A DNA stretch of 64,000 nt. It comes from Ptychomitrium polyphyllum. Its lineage: Eukaryota. This document shows positions 12,490 to 25,100 of the stretch, piece after piece. The translations under genes were made by a program, and so were the position numbers. Each line of letters starts with the position of its first letter. Position 1 is the first letter of the stretch. A model generated the notes under the pieces. That model saw only the letters and a program-made list of their open reading frames with translations, did not search any database and had not been told where the DNA came from. The stretch spans positions 20,770,001-20,834,000 of the forward strand of contig OZ316775.1 of the NCBI GenBank assembly GCA_973851085.1, written 5' to 3'.

Positions 12490-15400
12490 TCATACAATGT
12501 TTAGCATGGAGAGCAGCTGTTGTTTGTGTTCAGACCGCTTCCAAATTTCTCGGGTACGCTTTCTCCTCCTGAATTTGGACCGTCGATTCAACCACCTAGT
12601 GTAACTACGGCCTTGCTTGCAGACAATGAAGTCCTTCAGGTCATCAAAATTTTCCGACGTCTTCTCAAGCAGTAGTACCTCTGCCACAAATTGATTGCCT
12701 TCGGCCTCAGTAGGAATGTCAGAGGTCTCATCATCTAACACTTGTCTACATTTGCGAATGAGTCTAACTCGACGAATTTCACCATCGGGTACTGGTACAG
12801 GTTTCCTGCAAGAACCAAATGTGCAGAAGATTAACAAAACACTAAGGGATAACAAACAGCGGAAAACAAAAAGCATCCAATACAAAGGCGTACATAGCAC
12901 CGTATGGCTTGAAACTTTAAAAATGACCACTCTAAACCCACCACAATGAACTACTTCACCACCTGTTTTATGCTAAAACTCTTAAATTTGCGCAACAAAG
13001 ACATAAATCAGTGTCAAACCAGATCAATCTAACATAACAAAAGCTCAATCCAGATTGCACTCTGAGTAAGGCACCATCGCAAAACCGAACTATAGAATTG
13101 TGGTGGCTATCCTAAAAGCTAACATTAGAGAAAATAGATGAATGCTACAAGTGCACAAGACGAAGGATAAATACAAGTTCTGCCAAACACCAACCTCTCT
13201 GGAGAGGCATCACGAAGCTTTGCTAAACGACGGCGATGTTTCATAAACCTCTGAAGGATAGGTAATGTCGAAGGCCGCAGTTGCTGTTTGTCCAACCCAA
13301 AATTTGCAGGACATGGGTCATGCTCTGCAAGTTCTCTTTCTTTGTCTTGATTCTGCTGCCCTTCAACGTTTGCAGGACATGAGTCATGGTCTATAAGTTT
13401 TCTTTCTTTGTCTTGATTCTGCTGCCCGTCAACATTTGCAAGGCATGGCTGATGCTCCGCAGGTTCTCTCTCCTCATCTAGACTCGGGTGCCCATCCCAG
13501 AGTGGCATATCGTGGTCAGAATTCTGTTCCCTTACATTCCTGGAAGATTTATTTATAAAACACCGTCAGCTACCTCTGAAATAAAAGATTTAGGATTGAA
13601 ATGTCAAATCTTCAAATACCACAAGTATGAATAAGTCCACAGTTTCATCCCTGAAGTACCGTATTCATACTCAAAGATATATAAACCCCTTCAAGATGAA
13701 AAGTACAAATGAAAATGGAAATAAAAAACACCTGTCAAGTATAATAACTTCTTGTACGGTCTGTGGTGTTTTTCTAGCAATACGCCTCCCACATGCAGGA
13801 ATATATTCGCGCCAATCATTTGTAGACAGTACTTTGTCCATAAATTCACAGAAATCGTTCAGAAAGCAGTTGATTTGCAAGATGATCGAAATTGCATTGC
13901 CACCCAAGATCTGCAACAAAGAAGCAATAAGTCCAAGGTGAAAATTTCAGCGTCCTTGGGTATGTTAGTTCTCCTCCACATTTCTCCTATAAGTTTAAAG
14001 TTTACACAACGAATTCTTTGGTATATTTCTAGCACAACCTAGTCTAACCTTTTTTTCAGTAATTTTCACTCTCTAGCTAAAAGCAAATTGAAATTGAGTG
14101 GTCCTAATAATCTCTATTATGTTGGTTATATCTCACAAATAAACAAGTCACGGTAATCCAGTGGATGTACAGAAAAACCACAAAAAACATTATCAACCCA
14201 AAACCCAGATATTGTTGCAACAAGATAAATGATTTACCTCCGGAAGATCCGGCTCTTCGAGAAACCCCTGTAGTAGAGTGACCACCTGTCTTGCATAGCA
14301 ACTCGGTAATGTTGATTCATTTTCCTCCCCGCTGCCTGTATTCACATCTACTGTTCCATTCTCCACACGTATGTGGTCGAGTTTTTGCGGCAGTGACGTG
14401 CATTTTCTCCAAGTATGCTCCATAAGCAACGAAATCAACAGTGACTCTAACAACTCTAAGTATTCTCGCATCTTCTCATCAGATATAGAGGTTTCAGCTT
14501 CATAATACAACATGTCTGTGAAAAACACCAGCACATGCCCCACACTGTCTGCCGCTGTGATCTCCCCAGCACAAGGCAAACACTGATGAAAAGAGCCGAT
14601 GAGTCCGAACCACACATCATCAATATCATCTCGAGTCATATCAGCAGCCTGGCTGTCTTCTAAATTTTGTCCAGTTGATTGAGCTTCCTCTGTTATAAAA
14701 TTTAATGCAGAGTGCATCAAGTGAAGCACATCAGCAATCAGCGTTGAGTGATCTTCTTTCCATACTGGTACAACACATAGTTCTCTACCACAAAAATGAG
14801 TCCCAGATGAGCGTTCAATATTGCCGTTTGAATATACGGCCCTGAGAACACGATTGGTCTCCTGTCCAAGTTCATGTCCTTCGTTATGCTCATGATCATG
14901 AAAATATGTCTGATCCATACATTCTTCAAGCCCTTTCCGTAAAGTAGCATCATTCAACATTGACTCCAACGCAGCCTCGCACTCTTGGCTCATTCGACCT
15001 CGATGGCACACGTAGTTCCAGAGACAAGAGGCCAATAAAGTATTTGACACGGCAGCATATGGCTGAGAACCATTACCCAAAGTACCAACGAAACTTGAGA
15101 GATGAGGAGCAGATGCAAACTTCAAGTATAATGAGACGCCCCTCTCAAGAACCGAAGAAACAAGCCACAAACAAACTTGCCGGCTGGGGGAATCCGGCAA
15201 ATAATTTGCATCACTCTTAAAGCTCTTTGCATACTTAGAATAATCCGAGATTTGAAAACGAGAGAACCACTTCTTTTCATGTATTACCTTCGCTGTTGAG
15301 TGCAAGTTCTCAGGATAGCACATAGAATCTTCCAAAGCTTGGGAGACCAGTTTGACAACATGCGACAGTAAATATCGTGGCGCATTGTCAGTGATTACCC

Positions 15401-16943
15401 TGTCAAGTAACATCACCGCTGACTGTAAGCCCAATTCGCAGGCTCGTGCTCTTGGTTCATGCAGTCCTTTGGGCGCATGGGCAGATATCAGCACATGAGC
15501 AAGTATAGCCTCTAGTGTTAGTCGAGACGTATTTCGAGTTCCATTCTCTGCGTTACTATCTTGTATGAGAAGCAACTGAGTCTTAGAACGACACAATAGC
15601 TCATCCATAAACACCTGTAAAAAACTAGCATCATAATAGAATTCGTTAAAATGCAAGTTTGAAAAACTGAGCTGCATAATCAATGACCTACCTCATTTGT
15701 AATATATAGGTATTAAGACGGTGAACACCATCAGATAAAGTTCTCAAACTTGGTATGACCTAACATATTGCGTCCTCTGAACATAAGTTCTCATCAGACA
15801 TAACCGAATGGATTTGTAATGCCTCTAAGCAATGGATGATTGAATACCAGACCTGACGAAAGTACATGAGGAAATAGAGGAATGAAATCACTAGAGAATA
15901 ACTGTACCTCCAGCGAAGCGCAGAGCATAGGAGCTCTGTAAGGCTCGATGTTAGAAGTTATCGCTTCTGATGAACAAGCTTTTGCAGGAAGTAAGCATGG
16001 TTCCCAAGGAGAACAAAGCTTCTGCAATAAACTGTCCAGGCCTACGCCCATGGCATTTCGTAAACCAGTGTCAAAAAGCTCAATCAAAGGCAGCAATCTA
16101 ATGCAGCAACGTAAAGTCAGAGCAGTCACTTTAAGTTCTTGGAGAGTCGAGGGGAAAGTACTGTAGCGTTCACCAAATCTCTCATCGTCGGCAGAATAGA
16201 GGGGAATGTGATAAGCAAGATCCCGAAAGAGTAGGTCATGTAAGGCCACCAGATCATCATAATTGATATAAACTTTTCTCTCTCCTACAGCGGCTGACAA
16301 CGAAAAATCTTCAGCTGAGGTAGATGATGGATACTTGAACGTCGCTGCAGAGGAAGACAGGAAACAACAGAGGTGCCTGAGAATAATGGCCCTGATCTCC
16401 TGCGGTAAGCCAGATACGAGTGTGAAACCAAGCGTCGGAAAGATGTTGTACAACGAGCAATTTGTGAAACACAAACAAACGCGATAGAGAAAAAATTTCC
16501 ACCAGTAAGCTTGCTAACGTGTGCACGATCAAGCTTAGGTAATGCTTAACATCTAAACCAGGAAGGCGACAACAAGGTTTGCTAGTAATCACAAAACTTG
16601 CGTTATCCTCTCTTTATCTCTGACCTCCACAACGATGTCCTTTCCCTTTATCGTTGCAGTGTGATGTATGTCTAAAGAAACCTACACATTTAAATGGAAC
16701 CCTTCTACGATTCACTAAAGACCTACAGCTTTGGTTCGGCAAAAATGTTAACCACCAATTATGAACACGTACCAGTTCCACATTACGAACACCTAAAACA
16801 TCAACAAATTTTCCCAGAGAGGTCCACTTCTCGCAATCATAACACAACGAGACGCCAACTCCTGGCTCCTCCACTTCACCACTTCCTGCCAATGCCTCCG
16901 CCCGAGGACCCAAAATACAAGCCCCCCCATCATCTGGTCCCAT
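12490..16943 (-). CDS. Uncharacterised large plant protein, multi-exon (approx. 16943-16773, ~16404-15908, ~15615-14237, ~13911-13732, ~13575-13196, ~12805-12490)
   Basis: Long helical Leu-rich ORFs (226, 496, 82, 127, 146 aa) with plausible GT-AG junctions. The C-terminus DDLKDFIVCKQGRSYTRWL..R.KFRR looks like a conserved motif. First exon is tentative. Confidence 0.75.
13300..13475 (-). repeat. In-frame ~66-bp tandem repeat (~2.5 copies) in a coding exon
   Basis: Translation: (AEHQPCL)ANVDGQQNQDKERKLIDHDSCP / ANVEGQQNQDKERELAEHDPCP / ANFG. Confidence 0.85.
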
Positions 16944-17474
16944 TCTTGTCACCGAGGGCTAAAGCAAAACTCCACGGCGCTACATTTTCCTGCACATTTT
17001 CACTCATCACCAAATCTAAAAACCCTAAAGTCCTCACCAGACCACAAAATGACCGCAACCCCAGTACATCCAAAACTAGAACGAAGAGATAAAGCAAAAC
17101 CCGGCTACTCTTCTAACTCAACTGCACCTATCGCAGGTGCAAACCGAATGATCAAACTCAGCACAAGAAGAAATTGACAAACATTAGAACGGAATACATT
17201 CAACTCGTTCAAAGTACACTTACAAGACAAATTGCAATTGAAGCACAAGGTCGACGACCGCGTTAGGTTGTGGTGCCGAGTTAGGTCGTGGCACCCGCTT
17301 GGTTGGAAACTTCAACGCACTTTGCACACCAAGGCGACGGAATGAAAAATAAGCGCGGCACAGCAAGTGGCCCGGAAAGAGATGGATTAATGGAAGTAGA
17401 GAGAGATGGAGGTAATGACAACGGAGAGCGACACCATCCGTGATGAGAATAGCGTAAGCGTCGGTGGCTATGGC

Positions 17475-17740
17475 GAGAGAATGAACGTTGCGTTGTGTGC
17501 GCCATCGCCACAACTTCACAAGCATGCATTCACAAGGTCGCAAGACTTCCACTTCACGAGATACCTGCCCTAGTATCAACGGTGCAGCTCGCACTACCGA
17601 CGAGTATCACCTGGATATCACCATCTACTTATCTTGGGAGAGAGAGAATGTGGCGATGGCGCATACAATGCAACGATCAAAGTCACAAGCATGCAGTCAA
17701 CTCGGTCACAACGAGGCGGGACTTCCACTTCACTATACCC
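17475..17740. repeat. Imperfect direct repeat (2 units) with an internal 31-bp segment inverted between the copies
   Basis: Shared flanks GAGAGAA...TCACAAGCATGCA...GACTTCCACTTCAC. 17482-17512 is the reverse complement of 17649-17679 (28/31). Confidence 0.85.
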
Positions 17741-17989
17741 CACATGGTATCAATCCGGGTATAATCGTAGTATAGTCAGATTATCGCCATCTAGACATCA
17801 ACTTGTCCAAAATGTCGGGTGTGTGTTTGCAGCGCATAGTGTTCTGTAGTAAAAGGGTAAAGAATATGGTATGTTGAGAGATTATAGTTGTTCCCAGCGG
17901 CGATGTGGAAAGGAAAGTACAGTAATAGGGAAGAAGATTCCATGATGAGTGTAAAAATTTTAACCATTTGAAATTCTTCTAAATTTTCC

Positions 17990-20280
17990 AAGGGAAAAAT
18001 ACTTTGAAATGCAAAAGTGTGACATAGTTTAATTAAGAATTGTAGTATGTTTTATGAATTTTTGCTTATGACAATAAGTTACATTAATGCCCACTTTAAG
18101 GCATGGCATTGATTGATTTACAGTGGAAATTGAGCCTAGAAGTTAATCAAGTGATATTTCAAAATAAGTCTATAATGCAAATGTAGGGGAGCTTATGCTT
18201 TTGTAGGGCAATTTGGTATGTGTTGAGTTGTACTAGTATAATGCAAACTTGTTACAAAGTTACCACGTGCACACAATTTTTTTTTATTAATATATAACAA
18301 ACAATTAAAAGAAAGCCATTGATGGTAAAGGACCTCATATGCCTAGTTATACATAATTCACTAATTTAATATACTAGAACACACAAATTAATGAAAAGAT
18401 ATTAATGCAAAAAAATTCAATGAGGCCTACTTTTGTAAATATAAATATAGCCATTAAATTGATATAAATGGTGTTCTAAATTATCAATGGTATTTGATAA
18501 TATTGTTAACAATCCATTATTTAAAATCTTATTTAAATTTTGATTGAAAATACATTAATTTTTTATAATTGGAATTCAAACTAATAAAATGTATGCAATT
18601 TGAAATTGATGTGTGTTAATATTAGCTTATTATACATATTTTCAATGCTTGCCTCATATTTGCAATTTTTTTTTTAACTGGTAGAATATATTATTTCAAA
18701 TAATTGATTTTGATGAAATTCTTTGAGTGATTTAGGTGATTAATAAAAATACAAGAATGTAGAAGCATTTTAAATGGATAAAATAGGTATTGGTTTGATT
18801 TGAAGTAATATATGAAATTTTAATTTATGTTTAAAAAATAAATACATGAGGAATTGACTGTCTATAATTAAACATATTATAATTATTTAATTGAAATCTA
18901 GATAAATCTTACAAAATATGGAGAAGTTAATTAGATTCATAATTGTCAACAACTTATTTTAATTTCTTTATAAATCAAATATGAAGTAATAGTTTTGATG
19001 CTTTTAAATTCTTTTGTTTAAAGATAAGCCTAGGATTTTAAATTCTTCATGTTATAAATGCTATAAACAAAGAAAGCTTAATATTGTTATTGTCAAATTA
19101 ACATATTGTAGCATTTGATCACTTGAGAGATGAAAGTTTAAACGGTTTTAAAGAATGGCTATAAGACTTATTTTTTCTTATGGCCAAATTAATTATAAAA
19201 TTTAGGTTTAATAAAAAAAAATTAAAGACAAAAGTGGCAATTAAATTACAAAATTGAAGTGTTTTTGTATAAATATTGAAATAATATGTGGAGTGCAATA
19301 TTTTTCTCTAAACCTAATGTAGTTGAGATTTGTTTTAAAGTGTTTTTAGCACTAGAATTTAAGTTTTGCAAAAGAATTTTTAAACACAATAATTAAAATG
19401 AAAGTTTTTCAAAAATTTTATTTAGGCTTAAAATTAATAATAAGGTAATAATTACATTTTTTTAAAATTCATTTATAAAATATAAAAACTCATTGAAATT
19501 ATCATAAGATACTACTTTGATGTAACAATTACATAAAACTTTAAGTTGCATAGAATGTAACATTAATTTATTAGTATAAAGTTTAACATCTTCCTTTATA
19601 AATTTGTCTATTATGCATCATATCCAAATCAATTTGAAATATTAATCTTTTATCAATAAAAACAAAGTTGTGTTAAACCACCTATCTCAAAGCCAAGCAT
19701 TATAGATAATTTATATGAAATGAAAATAATAAAGATTGAAGGAAGTAATTGCAACATTTTGTCCATGAAATCCATGGATTTAAGCCCAGTGTCACTACAA
19801 GATTGCTTAACCTTCTACTTGATCCTACATTCATTAAAATTTTGCTAACTTCACAAAAGAACTTCAAATAATAAAAAAAGCTCTTGAAACTCCAATGATA
19901 AAAAATAAATGAGAAATATCATCCGACAATTTAAATATGGTCACATGAGAAAATAATAGAATTTTTATTTCTACAATATTGGCACCATCACATCTTACAT
20001 TGTTAAAGATATGCTAGTTTTTAAAAGGAAAATTAAAAAAATTCAATTATTTTCAATTAATATCCATTTTTGAAATGATAAAGAGTGTCAACAAAGGATT
20101 ACCTACTATTATGATGAATTCACATCATTACATCCTTATACCACAAACCATTAACCATAATCCAAAGACATCAGAGATCATTTAAAAAACATTAAAGAAC
20201 ATGTATAAGAACGAATCTTAAAATAATAAAAATTTATAAACTGAATGACACAAATTTAATTTAAAGTCTTTCTTTGTACA
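17990..20280. other. Very AT-rich intergenic tract, probably ancient decayed repeat DNA
   Basis: No ORF of 60 aa or more in the track; long A/T runs. Confidence 0.6.
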
Positions 20281-20653
20281 TCGCAAGGGGAGGAGTTCCT
20301 TTTACATAGCGAGCCGGGATAAGGGAAGAAATTTTAAAAATGAAAAACCGTTAGTTTGTAACAGACCTGCCCCCAGCATGTTGTCCAATCCAGAACTCCT
20401 CAAGCTGTTCTCCCTCACACGCGAAACAGAATCCATGAACACATCCGATCATTCTCGCAAGTTTCGGACGCAGCCCCCTCAAACCCTAACTCCACCACAA
20501 CCTAAAGCGGAAGCTGCCAAATCTACCTCGCCTCCCCGGAAATCACGCTTCCACCGTCCCTCTACAAATTCTTACCACGTAAACTTACCGCAACAACCAC
20601 AGAAACTCCCAAGCAACGGCGACGCTCTAATCTTCATGCTTTCCAAGTAATCT

Positions 20654-21072
20654 GTATATACCCAATACCGTCCATATACCCAGAACCGTCCCTGTCCCCA
20701 AAAGCGTTACTGTGTCCGAATCACATATTCTTGAACATTGCTGATATATAGAATCTATTATTGTCGTAGATGATTTCGGTTTCGCATGTGATGATGGTTT
20801 TAGGAATGCATGAAATTTGATCAGTTTCCGTGAACCTAAATTAGGCCGACTTGGATTGCGAACACGGCTCCTGGGATGCAAACCCAAACCCAAACCAAAT
20901 ACAAAATTCTTACGCCACCTCTTGAAGTCCACAGAAATTTTAGTGTACCGTGACAAACCTTAACTAAATATGGAACCGACTTTATTTACGGAAAATGTTG
21001 ATATCAGTAAACAAAATTTAGGTCTCTGAGAAAAATGTTGGTTTTGGGTACCGTGATGGTATGGGTAGATAT
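20654..21072. mobile_element. Candidate degenerate non-autonomous DNA transposon/MITE upstream of the RLP gene
   Basis: Left GTATATACCCAATACCGTCCATATACCCAGAACC resembles the reverse complement of the right end (ATATCTACCCATACCATCACGGTACCCAAAACC). Internal AAACCCAAACCCAAACC and recurrent (T/A)CCGT motifs. Confidence 0.35.
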
Positions 21073-22102
21073 CCCTTTACCGTCGTCCCGACTCCGGACT
21101 GTTGTAGAAATCCTTATTAGTCTCTGGAATTCGAGGTTAGGCAAGTTGGGAGACGGATTAGGCGAAGTTGCGAGACGAATTAGGCGGGGGCAGGCGCGTC
21201 GTGGGAGGGGAACCAGGTGAGGGTGGATTTCAGGGCCGAGAGTGAGGGAGATAGAGAGAGAGCGCATGCGTGCGAGAACCTGCATTGCGCGCCGCGGCCA
21301 TCGCCGCCACCGTCGTCCCGTCACCTCGCCCCGACCTCGCCCAGATCCGCGCCTCCCGCGCCCACATTCTGCTCGCTGCAACCTGGTTGCTCGACAATGC
21401 AGTTTAGTAGTCCTTTCCTCACCTTGCAGTGGTCCCTCTCAGCTGGCGTACAGCTTCTGTCCGAGGTTTAGAGTCCAGTTGCAGTTAACAACAGTACTAA
21501 GGTGGAGTCTTTGCTGGCCAAGGAGGTGGACGAGGTTAGCATCGAGTCACATCTGTTTGTGGAGTTCATATTCTTCCCTTACCCTTCGTGGAGCAGGCCA
21601 ACTGGGTGTGAGCTAGTGAGTAAGTGAGCACTGCTTTGGTGGTGTACGAAGTGACTGATCTGGATGACGTTGCGTGGTGCCGGAGGAGGGTTGCGTTTTG
21701 TTTTGGGACTTCGTTAGTTCAAAGTGGGAAGGTCTTCAATCTCGTGCATTGGAGTGAACATTTCGGGAAAAGTTGGTATCTTTGGTTTGGTGAAGTGGTA
21801 GCCGTTTTTCGAGTACTTTCTTGGAGTTTTGAGAGTGGGTTCGAGGAGAGCATCTCTTGTTTAGGGAGTTTTAGACGAGGAGATGTGAACGGCATGTGGG
21901 TAGAGCCTGAGGAGGTTTTCTAGTGTGAAGCAGGGAGTGGGGGCGAACAATTGAAGGACTTGTGTGCCTCTGGGGGAATGGTGGCCGGCATTGGATTACC
22001 AACTGCGAAGAACGTGCGGGTGAGGCTTGAGAGGATTTGTGTCTGCAGGGGTGGATCTTGAGCCGGGTGGAGGTGCTGCCGTATTGTGGACTGCTGAGCT
22101 CT

Positions 22103-25100
22103 ATGGCGCGCTTTGTTTTACTGGGGTTGTGCCTTTCAGGTCTTCTTCATACGTCGCTTGCCTTTCCGGGAGGTATGTTTTTAAATGTCCATCCCATTCT
22201 TGTTCGTCGTCGGTTTCCACTACGTTGAAGTTCGTCTTTGTGGTGGATTTTGAGAGGTTTCCGTTGTACTTATTGTTACCACTTGGTCTTTCTTGTAACG
22301 ACCTTCGGTTGCATTGCACAGTGTCATTCTAGTATACGTCAATGCACCCAAGTCTCGGCTTTAGCTACTTTCTCAAGCTATGGATCTTTGTAGAATAGGG
22401 AATCTTGTTGTGGGAGCATGAACGAATTTGGGTTTCGTTTGTGGCGAGGACTTACTAAGTATTTCGTTTTGTGAACGTCATCTGCTGTAGATAGAGTTTG
22501 GAGGTCTTCTAAACTGTCTTTTCTGGACAATGAATCTTCACATTTTCATATATCCATGTGAAATTTATTCGTTAGGAAAGATCGATGAAGCGGCCTCTCA
22601 TGCTCTGTCTGCTTTGAAGGATTCCAGGTGATGCAATAGCATCAGAGAAGTGCTTACTTGGCTGACTACTTCATAATTTATTGCAGGTTACCAAGTATCA
22701 ATTGACTGTGGAGGCTACAACAATTTCTCAAACAATGTCAATCAGACGTGGCTGGCTGATAATTACTTCTCCGGTGGTTCTGTAGCTAACGTCTCCACCC
22801 CGCAGAATTTTCCTAGAGAACAGGAGCGCAGCCTGCGCTACTTCCCCACCTTGGATGGCAAAAAGAATTGCTACGAGATTGGTGTTCCTGTCGGTCGGTA
22901 CATGATTCAGATGTTTTTTGCATACAACAATTACGACAACTTGACTCACTCTCCTAGTTTCGACGCCTCGGTTGAGGGAACTGTGGTATTCAGCTGGCGG
23001 TATCCGTGGGCTGACGCATCTGACAATTACGGTGCATATTCGGATCTATACGCCTTCATTCATGATGGATCTGCAACAATCTGTTTCTATAGCATTGGGA
23101 CGGATGCACCTGTGATTGGTTCACTTGAGCTTCTCCAAGTGGATGAAGCCTCGTATATGTCGAATTCCACTGGGCCGAGTGTTATAGTGGCTAACTACGG
23201 CAGAGTTACGTCAGGAAATAGCTCGTTTGGTCCTGGCTTTGACAACGTGACTGACTACGGCGGCCGCTCCTGGGAAATTGACGATGATCACACGAACAAC
23301 TTGAAGCAATTTTACTCTACTAGCCATGCTATTGTCGGTGCTAATGTGGCTCCGAATTACTGGCCAGAGCGGCTGTATCAAACATGTCGATATGTGGTAC
23401 AGCCCGGTATTCCAATCATTTATAACTACCAGCTTGATGCCAAGCTGGACTACCAGGTGTGGTTTCACTTCGCAGAGATAGATCCAAATGTAACGGCAGC
23501 AGGGCAACGAGTATTCAATGTTTCTATTAATAATGTGGTGGTCCTTGGTGGAGTGGATATTTTCCAACGGGTAGGAGCAAACACTGTTTTCGACTTCTTG
23601 TATACTGTAAGGAACTTGACTGGTGGTAATCTTGTAATATCATTTACTCCGCAAGTTGGAAGTCCCGTGATTTGTGGGCTTGAAGTTCTTGCAATCTTGA
23701 AGGCCGACATTGCGACTAATGTTACGGAAGGTTAGTGTACCGTATAAGAGGTTTGTCTTTTCTTGTGATTGATTAAAAGTATGGCTTTTAATCTGCTTGA
23801 GGAGTTAGGAAAATGGTGGTTTGAACCCATAGTCATCTCTCTGCCAAGCAAAGTGGCTTTTAATCATTTTACCTTCCAGTTTCCATTCAGGCCTTCTCTA
23901 TTCACATATTACTGTCAGTCGTTTGCAACAGAATTAGTCTGGCGCTCACAAGCTTGTCTCTGTATTGTAGAGAAGCGTCATTACACATAATTTATCCCTC
24001 TCTGATGTGACACTTAATCTGGAGGATACTGGAGGGAGTTCATCAATTTCTGCTAACGCATATTTTTTCTTGAACAGCTGCGGCCATGCATGCTTTGAAA
24101 ACTGCATTGAACGTGCCTTCAAGGATGGGTTGGAATGGAGATCCCTGTGCGCCCACAGATTGGGATGCCTGGGAAGGAGTTACATGCAACCTTGCAGCTG
24201 ATGGTTATTCTCTTGTTATCACTCACATGTAAGCTCTTTGTTGCCTTCGTTTTGTGTACCAGTGTTATTTCTCAATGTTGGATTTTTGTTTTGTAATTTG
24301 CGGACTTTATCTTGATGTAGTGTTGGGCTTATTTTAACTGCCCAGTCACTCTATGTTGTCGATGAAAAACTTAAGGAGTTACAGCTACTAGAGTTACTTC
24401 GACTCAAATGACTGTTACCTACATTTCCCAAATGTTTGTATTCGTGTTAACTTAAAGGTTTCGTTATCTTTGTGTTGGTGAATAGATACGATTAATAGTG
24501 AAATTTGTTATCCATAAAGAATTAATGAGTGATATTAATCGTTCAGGAACATTGCCGAGCAAGGGCTGACGGGTCTTCTTCCAGCTCAGATTACTGACCT
24601 GACCCATCTTATATCTTTGTAAGACACATCTATCTTTGTGAACCATTTCTATAGTACAATACGGACTTGAGCAAAAGATATTCTCCTGGGAGGACTATCG
24701 TTGAATTTAAGATTTACGAGATGTGTGTGTTACAACGCAGTCCGTTGACAAAGGCTCTACTCTTCTGCATAATTGGGTTAAGAATACGGTCAGGTGTAGT
24801 AATGTTTAGTAGCATCTTGTATTCCTCTTATGTACTGCGGTCGAGGTTCAATAGTTTCGATAATTTTTAAGTTGTGGCTTTTGCTGTCGAAATGCAGAAA
24901 TGCGAGTAGTAACAAGATTTCTGGTCTCCTACCTGACAGCCTGGGATCGAGCAGCTTGGTTTCTCTGTAAGTGTTTGTAATACCCAATTTGTTGGTAGTT
25001 ACTGCTCGGATCATATTAGTGTCTTTCCTGACCTAGAATGGTGCTTTTCTTCTGAAAATATCATTTGTACGAGTGAAATTTTGGATCCTTTTATTGAAAT

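Noticed and set aside
21004..21923. GC-rich overlapping Arg/Pro-rich ORFs
   Set aside because: Expected chance ORFs in the GC-rich promoter/5'UTR of the RLP gene.
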